From: an uncultured Acidimicrobiaceae bacterium
Lineage (GTDB): Bacteria; Actinomycetota; Acidimicrobiia; Acidimicrobiales; Bog-793
DNA length: 64,000 nucleotides
Assembly: GCA_963761425.1 (NCBI GenBank)
Contig: CAVXGQ010000003.1
Span: forward strand, 36,501-100,500
Direction of reading: 5' to 3'
This document shows, in pieces, positions 27,042 to 36,113 of this stretch (position 1 is its first letter; the number at the start of each line of letters is the position of its first letter). Both the position numbers and the translations under genes were made by a program. The notes under the pieces were generated by a model. The model was given only the letters and a program-made list of their open reading frames with translations. It had not been told where the DNA came from and did not search any database.

Positions 27042-28277
27042 CGCGCCCCAAAACCACCGACCCGCAAGGAGTCGCCTTGTCGAGCTACACGTTCACCTCG
27101 GAATCGGTCACCGAGGGTCATCCCGACAAGATGGCCGATCAGATCTCCGACGCGGTCCTCGACGCCATCCTCGCCGAGGACCCGATGGGCCGGGTCGCCT
27201 GCGAGACGCTGCTCACCACCGGCCTGGTCTTCGTGGTCGGCGAGATCTCGACCTCGAGCTACGTCGACATCCCCCGGATCGCCCGCGACACCGTCTGTGA
27301 GACCGGCTACGACCGGGAGGAGTACGGCTTCGACGGCAACACCTGCGGCGTCATCGTGTCGATCGGAGAGCAGTCCCCCGACATCGACGCCGGCGTCTCC
27401 CGCTCGAGCGAGATCCGCGCCGGCGAGTCCGACGAGCTCTCGATCCAAGGCGCGGGCGACCAGGGAATGATGTTCGGCTTCGCCTGCGACGAGACACCCG
27501 ATCTCATGCCGGTCCCGATCTGGTTCGCGCACCTGCTGGCGCGTCGGCTTGCCGAGGTGCGCCGGGCGAACGTGCTCCCCTACCTGCGCCCTGACGGCAA
27601 GACCCAGGTCAGCATCCGCTACGAGGACCACCGTCCCGTCGCCCTCGAGACGGTGCTGGTCTCGAGCCAGCACCAGCCGGGCATCGACCCGGAGACGTTG
27701 CTCATCCCGGATCTCGAGGAACACGTCGTCCGGCCGTTGCTCCCCCTGCTGCCACCGGAGATCAGCTCGGAGCGCCACCGGCTCCTGTGCAATCCGACGG
27801 GGGTGTTCGAGCTCGGCGGTCCCCGTGCCGACACCGGCCTGACCGGGCGCAAGATCATCGTCGACACCTACGGAGGCATGGCCCGCCACGGCGGCGGCGC
27901 GTTCTCCGGCAAGGACCCCTCCAAGGTCGACCGCTCTGGCTTCCTACGCGGCCCGCTGGGTCGCGAAGACACGTCGTGGCCTCCGGGGCGGCGCGGCGAT
28001 GCGAGATCCAGGTCGCCTACGCGATCGGCGTCGCCCACCCGGTCTCGGTCATGGTCGAGACCTTCGGCACCGAGGTGGTCGACCCGGAGCGCATCAACCA
28101 GGCCGTCTTGGAGCTGTTCGACCTGCGACCGGCGGCGATCATCCGCGACCTCGACCTGCGTCGGCCGATCTACCGGAACACCGCCGCCTACGGTCACTTC
28201 GGGCGTTCGGAGAAGGATTTCACCTGGGAGGCGACTCCGACCGCGTCGACGACCTGCGCCGCGCCCTCGACCTGTAG
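27038..28277 (+). pseudogene. metK: S-adenosylmethionine synthetase with three frame-breaking indels in the 3' third
   Basis: The frame is intact to ..[16 protein letters not shown] (about 27937). [10 protein letters not shown] follows in +1, then [23 protein letters not shown]...[14 protein letters not shown] in +2, and [14 protein letters not shown]-stop (28275-28277) back in +1. GTGA overlap with coaBC. Confidence 0.85.
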
Positions 28278-28284
28278 CGACCCG

Positions 28285-30108
28285 GTGACGACCGGGGTGG
28301 GGCCGGCTACCCTTCGGATCGTCGCGGTCCTCCCGGACGTCACCGGGGTCGACCGGAGCTTTCGCTACGCGGTGCCGGCCGGGATCTCGGCGGGGGTCGA
28401 GCTGGGCTCGGTGGTGCGCGTGCCGCTACACGGCCGGCGAGTGCGCGGCTGGGTCGTCGACGCGTCGCCCGAGCCCCCCGGCCCCGAGTTGCGGGAGGTG
28501 ATCGAGGTCGTGTCGCGGGGCCCGGCGCCCGAGATCGTTGGGCTCGCCCGCTTCGGCGCGTGGCGCTACGCCGGTCGGCTGCGGCCGTTCCTCCTCGCCG
28601 GAACCCCACCGCGCCTGGTGCGCTCCCTCCCGCCCTCCCGCCCGGCGCCGGCGCTTACGCCCCCCCCGGGGTCGTCGGAGGTCGCCGAGGCGACCCGACG
28701 GGCCCTTTCCCCGGGGTCGTCGGTGCTGCGGCTCCCACCGGCCGCCCCCCGCCTCGACGTGGTGGTGGCGGCGCTCGGCGTGGTCGGCCGAGGAGACGCC
28801 CTCGTCCTGGTGCCGGCCCGGCGTGACGCCGAGGTGCTCGCCGAACGACTGGCCCGGCTCGGTCAGGCGGTGGCGCTGCAACCCGAGGCCTGGGCGGAGG
28901 CGGCCGCCGGGCGCTGCACCGTCATCGGCTCGCGGGCCTCCGCCTTCGCGCCGGTCGGCCGTCTCGGTCTCGTCGTGGTGCTCGACGCCCACTCGGAGAC
29001 CTACGTCGAGGAGCGGGCCCCGACGTGGAATGCGACCATCGTCGCCGCCGAACGGGCCCGGCGCGCCGGCGTGCCCTGCCTTTTCGTGAGCCCGTGCCCG
29101 ACGCTCGACCACCTCGCCTCGTCCCGGCTGGTCACGTTGGATCCGGCCGCCGAGCGGGCCGGGTGGGCCACCCTGGAGGTGATCGACCGACGGGGCGACG
29201 ATCCTCGGTCCGGCCTTTTCAGCGCGCGCTTCGTCGAGATCGCCCGGGTGGCGAGGCGCGAGCGCCCCGAGCTCCCCGTGGTCTGCGTGCTCAACCGGAC
29301 GGGAAGGGCGCGGCTTCTCGCTTGCAGCGCGTGCCGGGCGATCGCCCGCTGTGAGCGCTGCGGCGGTGCGCTCACCGAACACCTCGGGGCCGACCAGACG
29401 CTGGGCTGCCCGGTCTGTGGGATGACGCGGCCGGTGGTCTGCGCGGCGTGCCATTCGACCCGCCTCAAAAGATTGCGGATCGGCACGGCGCGGGCCGCCG
29501 AGGAAATCGCCGCCCTGGTCGGCGAACCGGTCGACGAGGTCTCCTCCACGGCGGTCTCACGCCGACCCGGCCCCGCGGCCGGCGTCCTGGTCGGCACCGA
29601 GGCCGTCCTCCACCGGGTGCGCGCCGCCTCGACGGTCGTGTTCTTGGACTTCGACCAGGAACTCGTCGCCCCTCGCTTTCGGGCCGGGGAGGAGGCGCTC
29701 GCCCTCCTGGCCCTGGCGAGCCGGCTGGTCGGCGGCCGGGGCGACGGACGCACCCGGGCGGCCGGGCGCCCGCCGGGACGGGTCGTCGTCCAGACCCGGA
29801 TCCCGGACCACGAGGTGACCCAGGCCGCCATGCGGGGAGACCCGGGCCTTCTGGTGGCGGTGGAAGCGCCCCGTCGGGAGGCCCTCGGTCTGCCGCCGGC
29901 GCGCGCCCTCGCCGTTTTGTCGGGGGAGGGCGCCGCGGGGTGCGCGCAGCGCCTCGCGAGCTCGCCGGCGGGACTCGAGGTCGCCCCGCTCGGCCCGGAC
30001 CGCTCCGTTGTCCGGGCCGCCAACTCGCAGGTGCTGGCCGACGAGCTCGCCGCCAACGGCCTGCCGGAGGAGGGGGTGCGGGTCGAGGTGGACCCGATCC
30101 GCCTGTGA
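28285..30108 (+). CDS. priA: primosomal protein N' (PriA) homologue with degenerate helicase motifs
   Basis: GTG at 28285. [19 protein letters not shown]...[16 protein letters not shown]. The zinc-binding CxxC clusters are present ([15 protein letters not shown]..., CPVCG..., CAACHS). No GxGKT Walker A was recognised, and VVLDAHSE stands where DEEH is expected. Confidence 0.85.
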   Translation: MTTGVGPATLRIVAVLPDVTGVDRSFRYAVPAGISAGVELGSVVRVPLHGRRVRGWVVDASPEPPGPELREVIEVVSRGPAPEIVGLARFGAWRYAGRLRPFLLAGTPPRLVRSLPPSRPAPALTPPPGSSEVAEATRRALSPGSSVLRLPPAAPRLDVVVAALGVVGRGDALVLVPARRDAEVLAERLARLGQAVALQPEAWAEAAAGRCTVIGSRASAFAPVGRLGLVVVLDAHSETYVEERAPTWNATIVAAERARRAGVPCLFVSPCPTLDHLASSRLVTLDPAAERAGWATLEVIDRRGDDPRSGLFSARFVEIARVARRERPELPVVCVLNRTGRARLLACSACRAIARCERCGGALTEHLGADQTLGCPVCGMTRPVVCAACHSTRLKRLRIGTARAAEEIAALVGEPVDEVSSTAVSRRPGPAAGVLVGTEAVLHRVRAASTVVFLDFDQELVAPRFRAGEEALALLALASRLVGGRGDGRTRAAGRPPGRVVVQTRIPDHEVTQAAMRGDPGLLVAVEAPRREALGLPPARALAVLSGEGAAGCAQRLASSPAGLEVAPLGPDRSVVRAANSQVLADELAANGLPEEGVRVEVDPIRL

Positions 30109-30188
30109 GCCACGCCTTGGGGCGAGGCCAAACGACCAGGTCCGGGAGCCATCTGCAGCGAACCGCCGTCGGTGGTGTTCTTACCGGT

Positions 30189-30806
30189 GTGGGGGAGGCG
30201 ATCACCGCTAGGGATGAGGAGATCTGCCGTCGGCTCGTCGAGGACCTCGATGGCGGTTTCGTCGACCTCGTCGGGGCCTACGGGCCAGTCGTGCTCAGCG
30301 TTGCGGCCCGGGCCACCGGGGCGCCCGAAGACGCCGAAGATCTGGCGGCGGAGGCCTTCTTGCGGGCTTACCGGGCGCTGCGCGGCTACGGGGCTGATCG
30401 GATCCGGAAGCTGCAGGTGCGTCCGTGGCTGGTCACGATCGTCCTCAATGCGGCGCGCAATCTCCGCCGGGACGCCGCGCGACGGCCGAGAACCGAAACG
30501 TGCCTCGGCGACCAGGAGCCGGTGGCTCCGACCCGCGATCTGTCGGAGCACGCCGAGGCCACCGAGGCGGTCCGCGAGCTGGCGGCGCGACTGTCGGCGT
30601 TGCCGGCCAAACAGCGCATCGCGGTGGTCCTGCGACACGTCGTCGAACTGCCGGCGTCGGAGATCGCGGCGGTGCTCGGCTGTCCGGAGGCCACGGTGAG
30701 ATCCCACGTGGCGCGGGGACTGGCGGCGTTGCGCGCCGCCTACCGCGCCGATGGCTCGGCGGCGGTCCCGGTCGCCGGCCAGCTCAGGAAAGGGAGGTCC
30801 GAGTGA
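30189..30806 (+). CDS. ECF-type RNA polymerase sigma-70 family factor
   Basis: GTG at 30189. Region 2 is EDAEDLAAEAFLRAYRAL...RPWLVTIVLNAARN. Region 4 is LPAKQRIAVVLRHVVELPASEIAAVLGCPEATVRSHVARGLAALR. Confidence 0.85.
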   Translation: MGEAITARDEEICRRLVEDLDGGFVDLVGAYGPVVLSVAARATGAPEDAEDLAAEAFLRAYRALRGYGADRIRKLQVRPWLVTIVLNAARNLRRDAARRPRTETCLGDQEPVAPTRDLSEHAEATEAVRELAARLSALPAKQRIAVVLRHVVELPASEIAAVLGCPEATVRSHVARGLAALRAAYRADGSAAVPVAGQLRKGRSE

Positions 30807-31576
30807 CGGGTCTGATACTCGAGTCGTCGATCGAGGAGGGGCTGCGGGCCCTAGGAGTCCGCCCGGCGCGGGGTTTCGTCGACCGGGTGGTCGCACGGTA
30901 CTCGGCCGTCGCCGGCCCGGTCGGCGAGCTCTACGTCGCCTGGATGTCCCAGGGCATCTCCTCGGTCGCCCTGGCGTCGTCCGGAGGCGAAGAGGAGTTC
31001 AAGGCCCGCTTCCGGGAACGCTTCGGCCGCCCGATCGTGCCGGCCGCCCGCCCTCTGGCCGGCCTCGCGGCCGCGGCCCGCACCGGATCAGGCCGCGGCC
31101 TGGCGTTCGACCTCACCGGCTTGACGGAGTTCGAGGCGCGGGTGCTGCGGGCGACGCGACTCATCCCGGTCGGCGAGGTACGCCCCTACGCCTGGGTGGC
31201 GAACGAGATTGGCCGGCCCGGGGCGGTCCGGGCGGTGGGATCGGCGCTCGGGCGCAATCCGGTGCCGGTCCTCATCCCCTGCCACCGGGTCACCCGCTCG
31301 GACGGGACGATCGGCGACTACGGGGGCGGCCCGGCAATGAAAGAGGCGCTGTTGCGGGCCGAGCGGGTCAACCTCGACGAGATCGCCCAGCTCGCCGCGG
31401 AGGGCATCCGCTACGTGGGCTCGACGACGACGAAGATCGTCTGTCTGCCGACCTGCCAACAGGCGCGCCGGATCGCGCCGCACCGCCGTCGGGGATTCCG
31501 CACCCTCGGCGAAGCTGGCTTGGCGGGCTACCGGGCCTGTGGTCGCTGCCGACCGGGTCGGGGCGGTTCGGCGTGA
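30803..31576 (+). CDS. methylated-DNA-protein-cysteine methyltransferase (Ogt-like) fused to a C-terminal Ada-type Cys4 zinc domain
   Basis: GTG at 30803 overlaps the sigma stop (GTGA). TEFEARVLRATRLIPVGEVRPYAWVANEIGRPGAVRAVGSALGRNPVPVLIPCHRV is the PCHRV active site context. The C-terminal YVGSTTTKIVCLPTCQQARRI...GYRACGRCRP matches the Ada N-terminal zinc-domain pattern CxxxC...CxxC. Confidence 0.8.
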   Translation: MTGLILESSIEEGLRALGVRPARGFVDRVVARYSAVAGPVGELYVAWMSQGISSVALASSGGEEEFKARFRERFGRPIVPAARPLAGLAAAARTGSGRGLAFDLTGLTEFEARVLRATRLIPVGEVRPYAWVANEIGRPGAVRAVGSALGRNPVPVLIPCHRVTRSDGTIGDYGGGPAMKEALLRAERVNLDEIAQLAAEGIRYVGSTTTKIVCLPTCQQARRIAPHRRRGFRTLGEAGLAGYRACGRCRPGRGGSA

Positions 31577-31771
31577 CCAAGACGCCCTGCCGGGCCCCTC
31601 GAGGGCGGACGTGACGCCCTCGGGACGGTCGGCGGCGGCAGTGAACTGCTAACCTGCCTGCGTCGGCATTCGTCGACACCGGCTTGCGCGTGCGCAGTGC
31701 CGGTCCTGTTCTAGGTCCGCGAGGGCGACCTCGGCGGCTGGGGCACGAGATTCACGAGGGTTTGTACGTCC

Positions 31772-32029
31772 ATGCTCGATAAGACGGCGACGATCGCCGC
31801 ATACCGGCTGCACGAGACCGACACAGGCTCGCCCGAGGTCCAGGTCGCGATGCTCTCCGAGCGGATCAACGGTCTCACGGAGCACCTCAAGCAGCACCCC
31901 GGCGACCACCACACCCGGCGCGGTCTGCTGAAGCTCAACGGGCAGCGGCGTCGCCTGCTCGATTACCTGCGGGCGAACGACGTCGAGCGCTACCGCGACC
32001 TCATCGCGCGCCTCGGCCTGCGCCGCTGA
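31772..32029 (+). CDS. rpsO: 30S ribosomal protein S15
   Basis: [49 protein letters not shown]; 85 aa. Confidence 0.97.
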   Translation: MLDKTATIAAYRLHETDTGSPEVQVAMLSERINGLTEHLKQHPGDHHTRRGLLKLNGQRRRLLDYLRANDVERYRDLIARLGLRR

Positions 32030-32262
32030 CGGCGGGAGTCACCGCCCCCGGGTGGGTGCCCGGCGGGGAGAGAGCCGGAAGGCGAGGAGCGCCGTTCGGT
32101 TAAAAAGAGGCGTTTGGCGGTCCCGTCGCCCGGGATGCGCCGGCGCCGCAGACAGTTAGCAGCGCCCGCAGGCGCCAGCTGCCAGTCGCCGGGTCCTCGG
32201 CCCGATCGAGTGCTCGACGACTGGGAACTGGCCCCCGGGTGCTCCAGCAACCAAGGAGTGTC

Positions 32263-34701
32263 ATGGCTGAGGCCATCACCGTTTCGGGCCCGATCACCGG
32301 GACCAGTCGCACCCTGTCGTTCGAGACAGGCAAACTCGCCGGGCAGGCCGACGGGGCCGTCGTTGCCCGCATCGGCGACACCATGGTGCTCGTTACTGCG
32401 ACCGCCGCCCCCAAGATCCGTGAGGGGCAGGACTTCTTCCCGCTCACCGTCGACATCGAAGAGCGGATGTACGCGGCCGGCAAGATCCCCGGCTCCTTCT
32501 TCCGAAGAGAGGGCCGGGCAAGCGACCTGGCGATCCTCACCGCGCGCCTGATCGACCGTCCCCTGCGGCCCTCGTTTCCGGAGGGCTTCCGCAATGAGGT
32601 CCACGTCGTCGGCACCATCCTCGGAGCCGATCAGGAGAACCCGCACGACGTCGTGGCGATCAACGGCGCCTCGGCGGCCCTCATGATCTCGGGGATCCCC
32701 TTCGACGGGCCGATCGGCGCGGTGCGCATCGCCTATTCCACGACCGGGGAGTGGTTGCCGCACTCCACCTATCAGGAGGGCGACGCCTCGACCTTCGAGC
32801 TGGTCGTGGCGGGCCGCGCCCTCGGAGAGGCGCCCGACGCCGAGGTGGCGATCATGATGGTCGAGGCCGGCGGCACCGAGAAGGCCTTCGAATACTTCGA
32901 GGACGGGGCCCCGCCGGTGACCGAAACCGTCATCGCCGAGGGACTCGAGGCCTCCAAGGTCTGGATCCGCGAGTCGATCGAGCTCCAGCGGGCCCTGGTC
33001 CGGGCGGCCGGGGTGAAGCCGACCATCCCCTACGAGGTCTTCGTCGACTACGGCGAGGACGTGCTGGCCCGGGTGGTCGCCGTGGGCGGCGAGAAGATCG
33101 CCGAGGCGAACGCCATCGCGACCAAGACCGAGCGCGCCGAGGCCCTTGCCGCGGTCGCCGACGAGATCGCTTCCACCCTCGCCGGTGAGTTCGAGGGACG
33201 AGAGCGCGAGATCCACGCCGCGATCCGGTCACACACCAAGACGCTCGTGCGTCGGCGCATCGTCGAGGAGGGCGTCCGGATCGACGGGCGGGGTCCGACC
33301 GATATCCGTCCGCTCTCGGCGGAGGTCGGCCTGATCCCGACCGTACACGGCTCGGGTCTTTTCCAACGCGGCGACACCCAGGTTCTCAACGTCGCGACGC
33401 TCGGCATGCCGCGGATGAACCAGCTGCTCGACACCATCAGCGTCGACGAGACCAAGCGCTACATGCACCACTACAACTTCCCGCCGTTTTCGACCGGCGA
33501 GACCGGCATGATGCGCGGCCCGAAGCGGCGCGAGATCGGGCACGGCCTGCTGGCTGAGCGGGCCCTCCTCCCGGTGATCCCGAAAGAGTCGGAGTTCCCC
33601 TACACGCTCCGGCTCGTCTCGGACGTCCTCTCCTCCAACGGGTCGACGTCGATGGCGTCGGTGTGCGGTTCAACGCTCTCGCTGATGGACGCCGGGGTTC
33701 CCATCAAGGCGCCGGTCGCCGGGATCGCCATGGGCCTGGTCTACGCCGAGGGCCGGTACACGACGCTCACCGACATCCTGGGAGCGGAGGACGCCTTCGG
33801 CGACATGGACTTCAAGGTCGCGGGGACCCGCGACGTGGTGACGGCTCTCCAGCTCGACACCAAGATCGACGGATTGCCGGCCGAGGTGCTCGCCGAGGCG
33901 CTCCGTCAGGCCCGCGACGCTCGTCTCAAGGTCCTTGACGTGATGGAGAAGGCGATCGCCCACCCGGCCGCGACGGTCAAGCCGCACGCGCCGAAGATCG
34001 TCACCTTCGAAATCCCCATGGACAAGATAGGCGAGGTCATCGGCCCGAAGGGCAAGGTGATCAATGCTCTGCAGCAGGAGACGGGCGCCGACATCGCGGT
34101 CGACGACGACGGTTCGATCGGCCGGGTGACGATCGGCGCCAAGAGTTCCGTGGCCGTCGACGAGGCGAGGCGCCGCATCGGGCTCATCCTCGATCCGCCT
34201 TTGGCCGAGGTCGGCACCAAGTACTCCGGCAAGGTGGTGAACATCACCAAGTTCGGAGCGTTCGTCAACATCCTGCCGGGACGCGACGGTCTGCTCCACA
34301 TCTCGCGACTAGGCGGTGGCCGTCGGGTGGAACGGGTGGAGGACGTCCTCGAACTCGGCCAGTCGGTCGAAGTCATCGTGCAGGACATCGACCCGCAGGG
34401 GAAGATCTCGCTCGCCCTGGTCGGTGAGGACGGCGAGCCGGTCGGAGGGCACGAGCCCGCTAGGGAGCTGTCGGACGACACGGCGCGCCCTGCCCGGCGA
34501 GGGCGGACCGAGGACAGAGGCGCACGTTCGGCACCGGCTTCTGCCGAACCGGCCGATCGCGTCAGGCGCGTCTCGTTTGAGGAGGAATTCGCGGCCGAGA
34601 TCGAGAACGACTTCGGTGAACTCGGACCCGCTGTCACGTCCGCCCCGAGCGAACGGAGGCCCGACCGCGGGCCTCGCCGACGCGGCGGTCCGCGACGCTG
34701 A
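32263..34701 (+). CDS. pnp: polyribonucleotide nucleotidyltransferase (PNPase)
   Basis: ATG at 32263 is preceded by AAGGAG. It has two RNase PH domains, KH and S1 (GKVVNITKFGAFVNILPGRDGLLHIS), and an Arg-rich tail. Confidence 0.97.
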   Translation: MAEAITVSGPITGTSRTLSFETGKLAGQADGAVVARIGDTMVLVTATAAPKIREGQDFFPLTVDIEERMYAAGKIPGSFFRREGRASDLAILTARLIDRPLRPSFPEGFRNEVHVVGTILGADQENPHDVVAINGASAALMISGIPFDGPIGAVRIAYSTTGEWLPHSTYQEGDASTFELVVAGRALGEAPDAEVAIMMVEAGGTEKAFEYFEDGAPPVTETVIAEGLEASKVWIRESIELQRALVRAAGVKPTIPYEVFVDYGEDVLARVVAVGGEKIAEANAIATKTERAEALAAVADEIASTLAGEFEGREREIHAAIRSHTKTLVRRRIVEEGVRIDGRGPTDIRPLSAEVGLIPTVHGSGLFQRGDTQVLNVATLGMPRMNQLLDTISVDETKRYMHHYNFPPFSTGETGMMRGPKRREIGHGLLAERALLPVIPKESEFPYTLRLVSDVLSSNGSTSMASVCGSTLSLMDAGVPIKAPVAGIAMGLVYAEGRYTTLTDILGAEDAFGDMDFKVAGTRDVVTALQLDTKIDGLPAEVLAEALRQARDARLKVLDVMEKAIAHPAATVKPHAPKIVTFEIPMDKIGEVIGPKGKVINALQQETGADIAVDDDGSIGRVTIGAKSSVAVDEARRRIGLILDPPLAEVGTKYSGKVVNITKFGAFVNILPGRDGLLHISRLGGGRRVERVEDVLELGQSVEVIVQDIDPQGKISLALVGEDGEPVGGHEPARELSDDTARPARRGRTEDRGARSAPASAEPADRVRRVSFEEEFAAEIENDFGELGPAVTSAPSERRPDRGPRRRGGPRR

Positions 34702-35987
34702 TCACCCCCACCAGCCAGTCGTCGGCCGCCGACGATTCGGCGACCACCACCATCTCGACGCTCGACTGCGGAGTGCGGCTCGTCACCGAGCGCATGGTCG
34801 ATGTGCGCTCGGCGTGCGTCGGCTTCTGGGTCGGCACCGGCTCACGCGACGAAACCGGCGAGCAGGCGGGGATCTCGCACTTCCTCGAGCACCTGCTGTT
34901 CAAGGGGAGTCCGACTCGCAGCGCGCGCTCGATCGCCGAGGATATCGACGCGGTCGGAGGCGACATGAACGCCTTCACGACCAAGGAGTACACGGCCTTT
35001 TACGTGCGGACGCTCGGTGATGACCTCGACCTCGCGCTGGACATCCTCTCCGACATCGTGTGGAGCCCGGCGCTGCGGGTCGACGAGGTCGACTCCGAGC
35101 GTCAGGTGATTCTCGAGGAAGTCCTCATGCACCTCGACGAACCGGCGGACTTCGCCCAGGAGCGTTTCGCCGACGCGATGTTCCCCGCCCATCCGCTGGG
35201 ACGGGAGGTTCTCGGCGATCCCAAGGTCATCAAGGCCGTGACGGTCGACGAGATCCGCCAGTTCCTGGCGGTGCACTACCGTCCGGCGAACATCGTGGTC
35301 GCCGCCGCCGGCCAGGTCGACCACGGACGCGTCGGTGACGGTCTCGAAAGGCGTTTTGCCGGCATTCCCGGTGGGGAGGCGCCTCGACGCCTCGCCCCTT
35401 CCGACGAGGTCCGGCCGGTCGACGTGACGGTGCGGGACACCGAGCAGGCGCATCTGGTGATGGGGGTGAGGGCGCCCTCGCGTCGGGCCCCGAGCCGGTT
35501 CGCCCTGGCGCTCCTCAACCATGTGCTCGGCGGGGGGATCTCGTCTCGGCTGTTCCAGAAGATCCGCGAAGAACGCGGACTTGCCTATTCCATCGTTTCC
35601 GAACGGGCCGGATTTGCCGATTCTGGCGCCATCGTCGTGTCGGTCGGCACCGCGCCGGACAACGCACGCGCGGTGACCGACCTGGTCGTCGCCGAGTTCG
35701 ATGCCTTCGCAACCGCGGGCATCACGGCTGAGGAGCTGGCGCGGGCCAAGGGTCACGTCGCGGCCGACCTGTTGCTCGGCCTGGAGGATTCCGGAAACCG
35801 TATGTCGCGCATCGGAGCCGGGCTGCTCCTGTTCGACGAGGTGCTCTCGGTCGACGAACAACTGGCCCGGATCGACGCGGTCACCCTCGACGAGGTCGGC
35901 GAGCTCGCTGGCGAGGTGCTCGGCGGTCGACGGGTGCTCGCCGTCGTCGGACCACCCGGCGCGGGGGACTTCGCCCCGATCGACTGA
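34698..35987 (+). CDS. M16-family zinc peptidase (PepR-like); start likely CTG overlapping the pnp stop, alternatively GTG 34773
   Basis: HxxEH motif GISHFLEHLLFKG. Homologues normally carry about 18-20 residues before ..TTLxxGLRVVTE. Here ..TTISTLDCGVRLVTERM is only reachable from CTG 34698 (gCTGAtc with the pnp TGA). Confidence 0.85.
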   Translation: MITPTSQSSAADDSATTTISTLDCGVRLVTERMVDVRSACVGFWVGTGSRDETGEQAGISHFLEHLLFKGSPTRSARSIAEDIDAVGGDMNAFTTKEYTAFYVRTLGDDLDLALDILSDIVWSPALRVDEVDSERQVILEEVLMHLDEPADFAQERFADAMFPAHPLGREVLGDPKVIKAVTVDEIRQFLAVHYRPANIVVAAAGQVDHGRVGDGLERRFAGIPGGEAPRRLAPSDEVRPVDVTVRDTEQAHLVMGVRAPSRRAPSRFALALLNHVLGGGISSRLFQKIREERGLAYSIVSERAGFADSGAIVVSVGTAPDNARAVTDLVVAEFDAFATAGITAEELARAKGHVAADLLLGLEDSGNRMSRIGAGLLLFDEVLSVDEQLARIDAVTLDEVGELAGEVLGGRRVLAVVGPPGAGDFAPID

Positions 35988-36113
35988 CGACGCCCGACGG
36001 AGGGGCGCCCACCGGGCAAGCGACCCCCCGGGCGCAGCTGTGCCGTCGGTCCCGGGCCGCCGGTCCGGAGCCGGGGAGCGCCCGGGGGCAGGAGATGGCG
36101 CGGGGGGACCCCC

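Noticed and set aside
27787-30108. Listed 773-aa ORF that would be a MetK C-terminus-PriA fusion.
   Set aside because: It is an artefact of the metK frameshifts. The authentic MetK C-terminus (..[12 protein letters not shown]) ends at TAG 28275-28277 in another frame. PriA has its own GTG at 28285.
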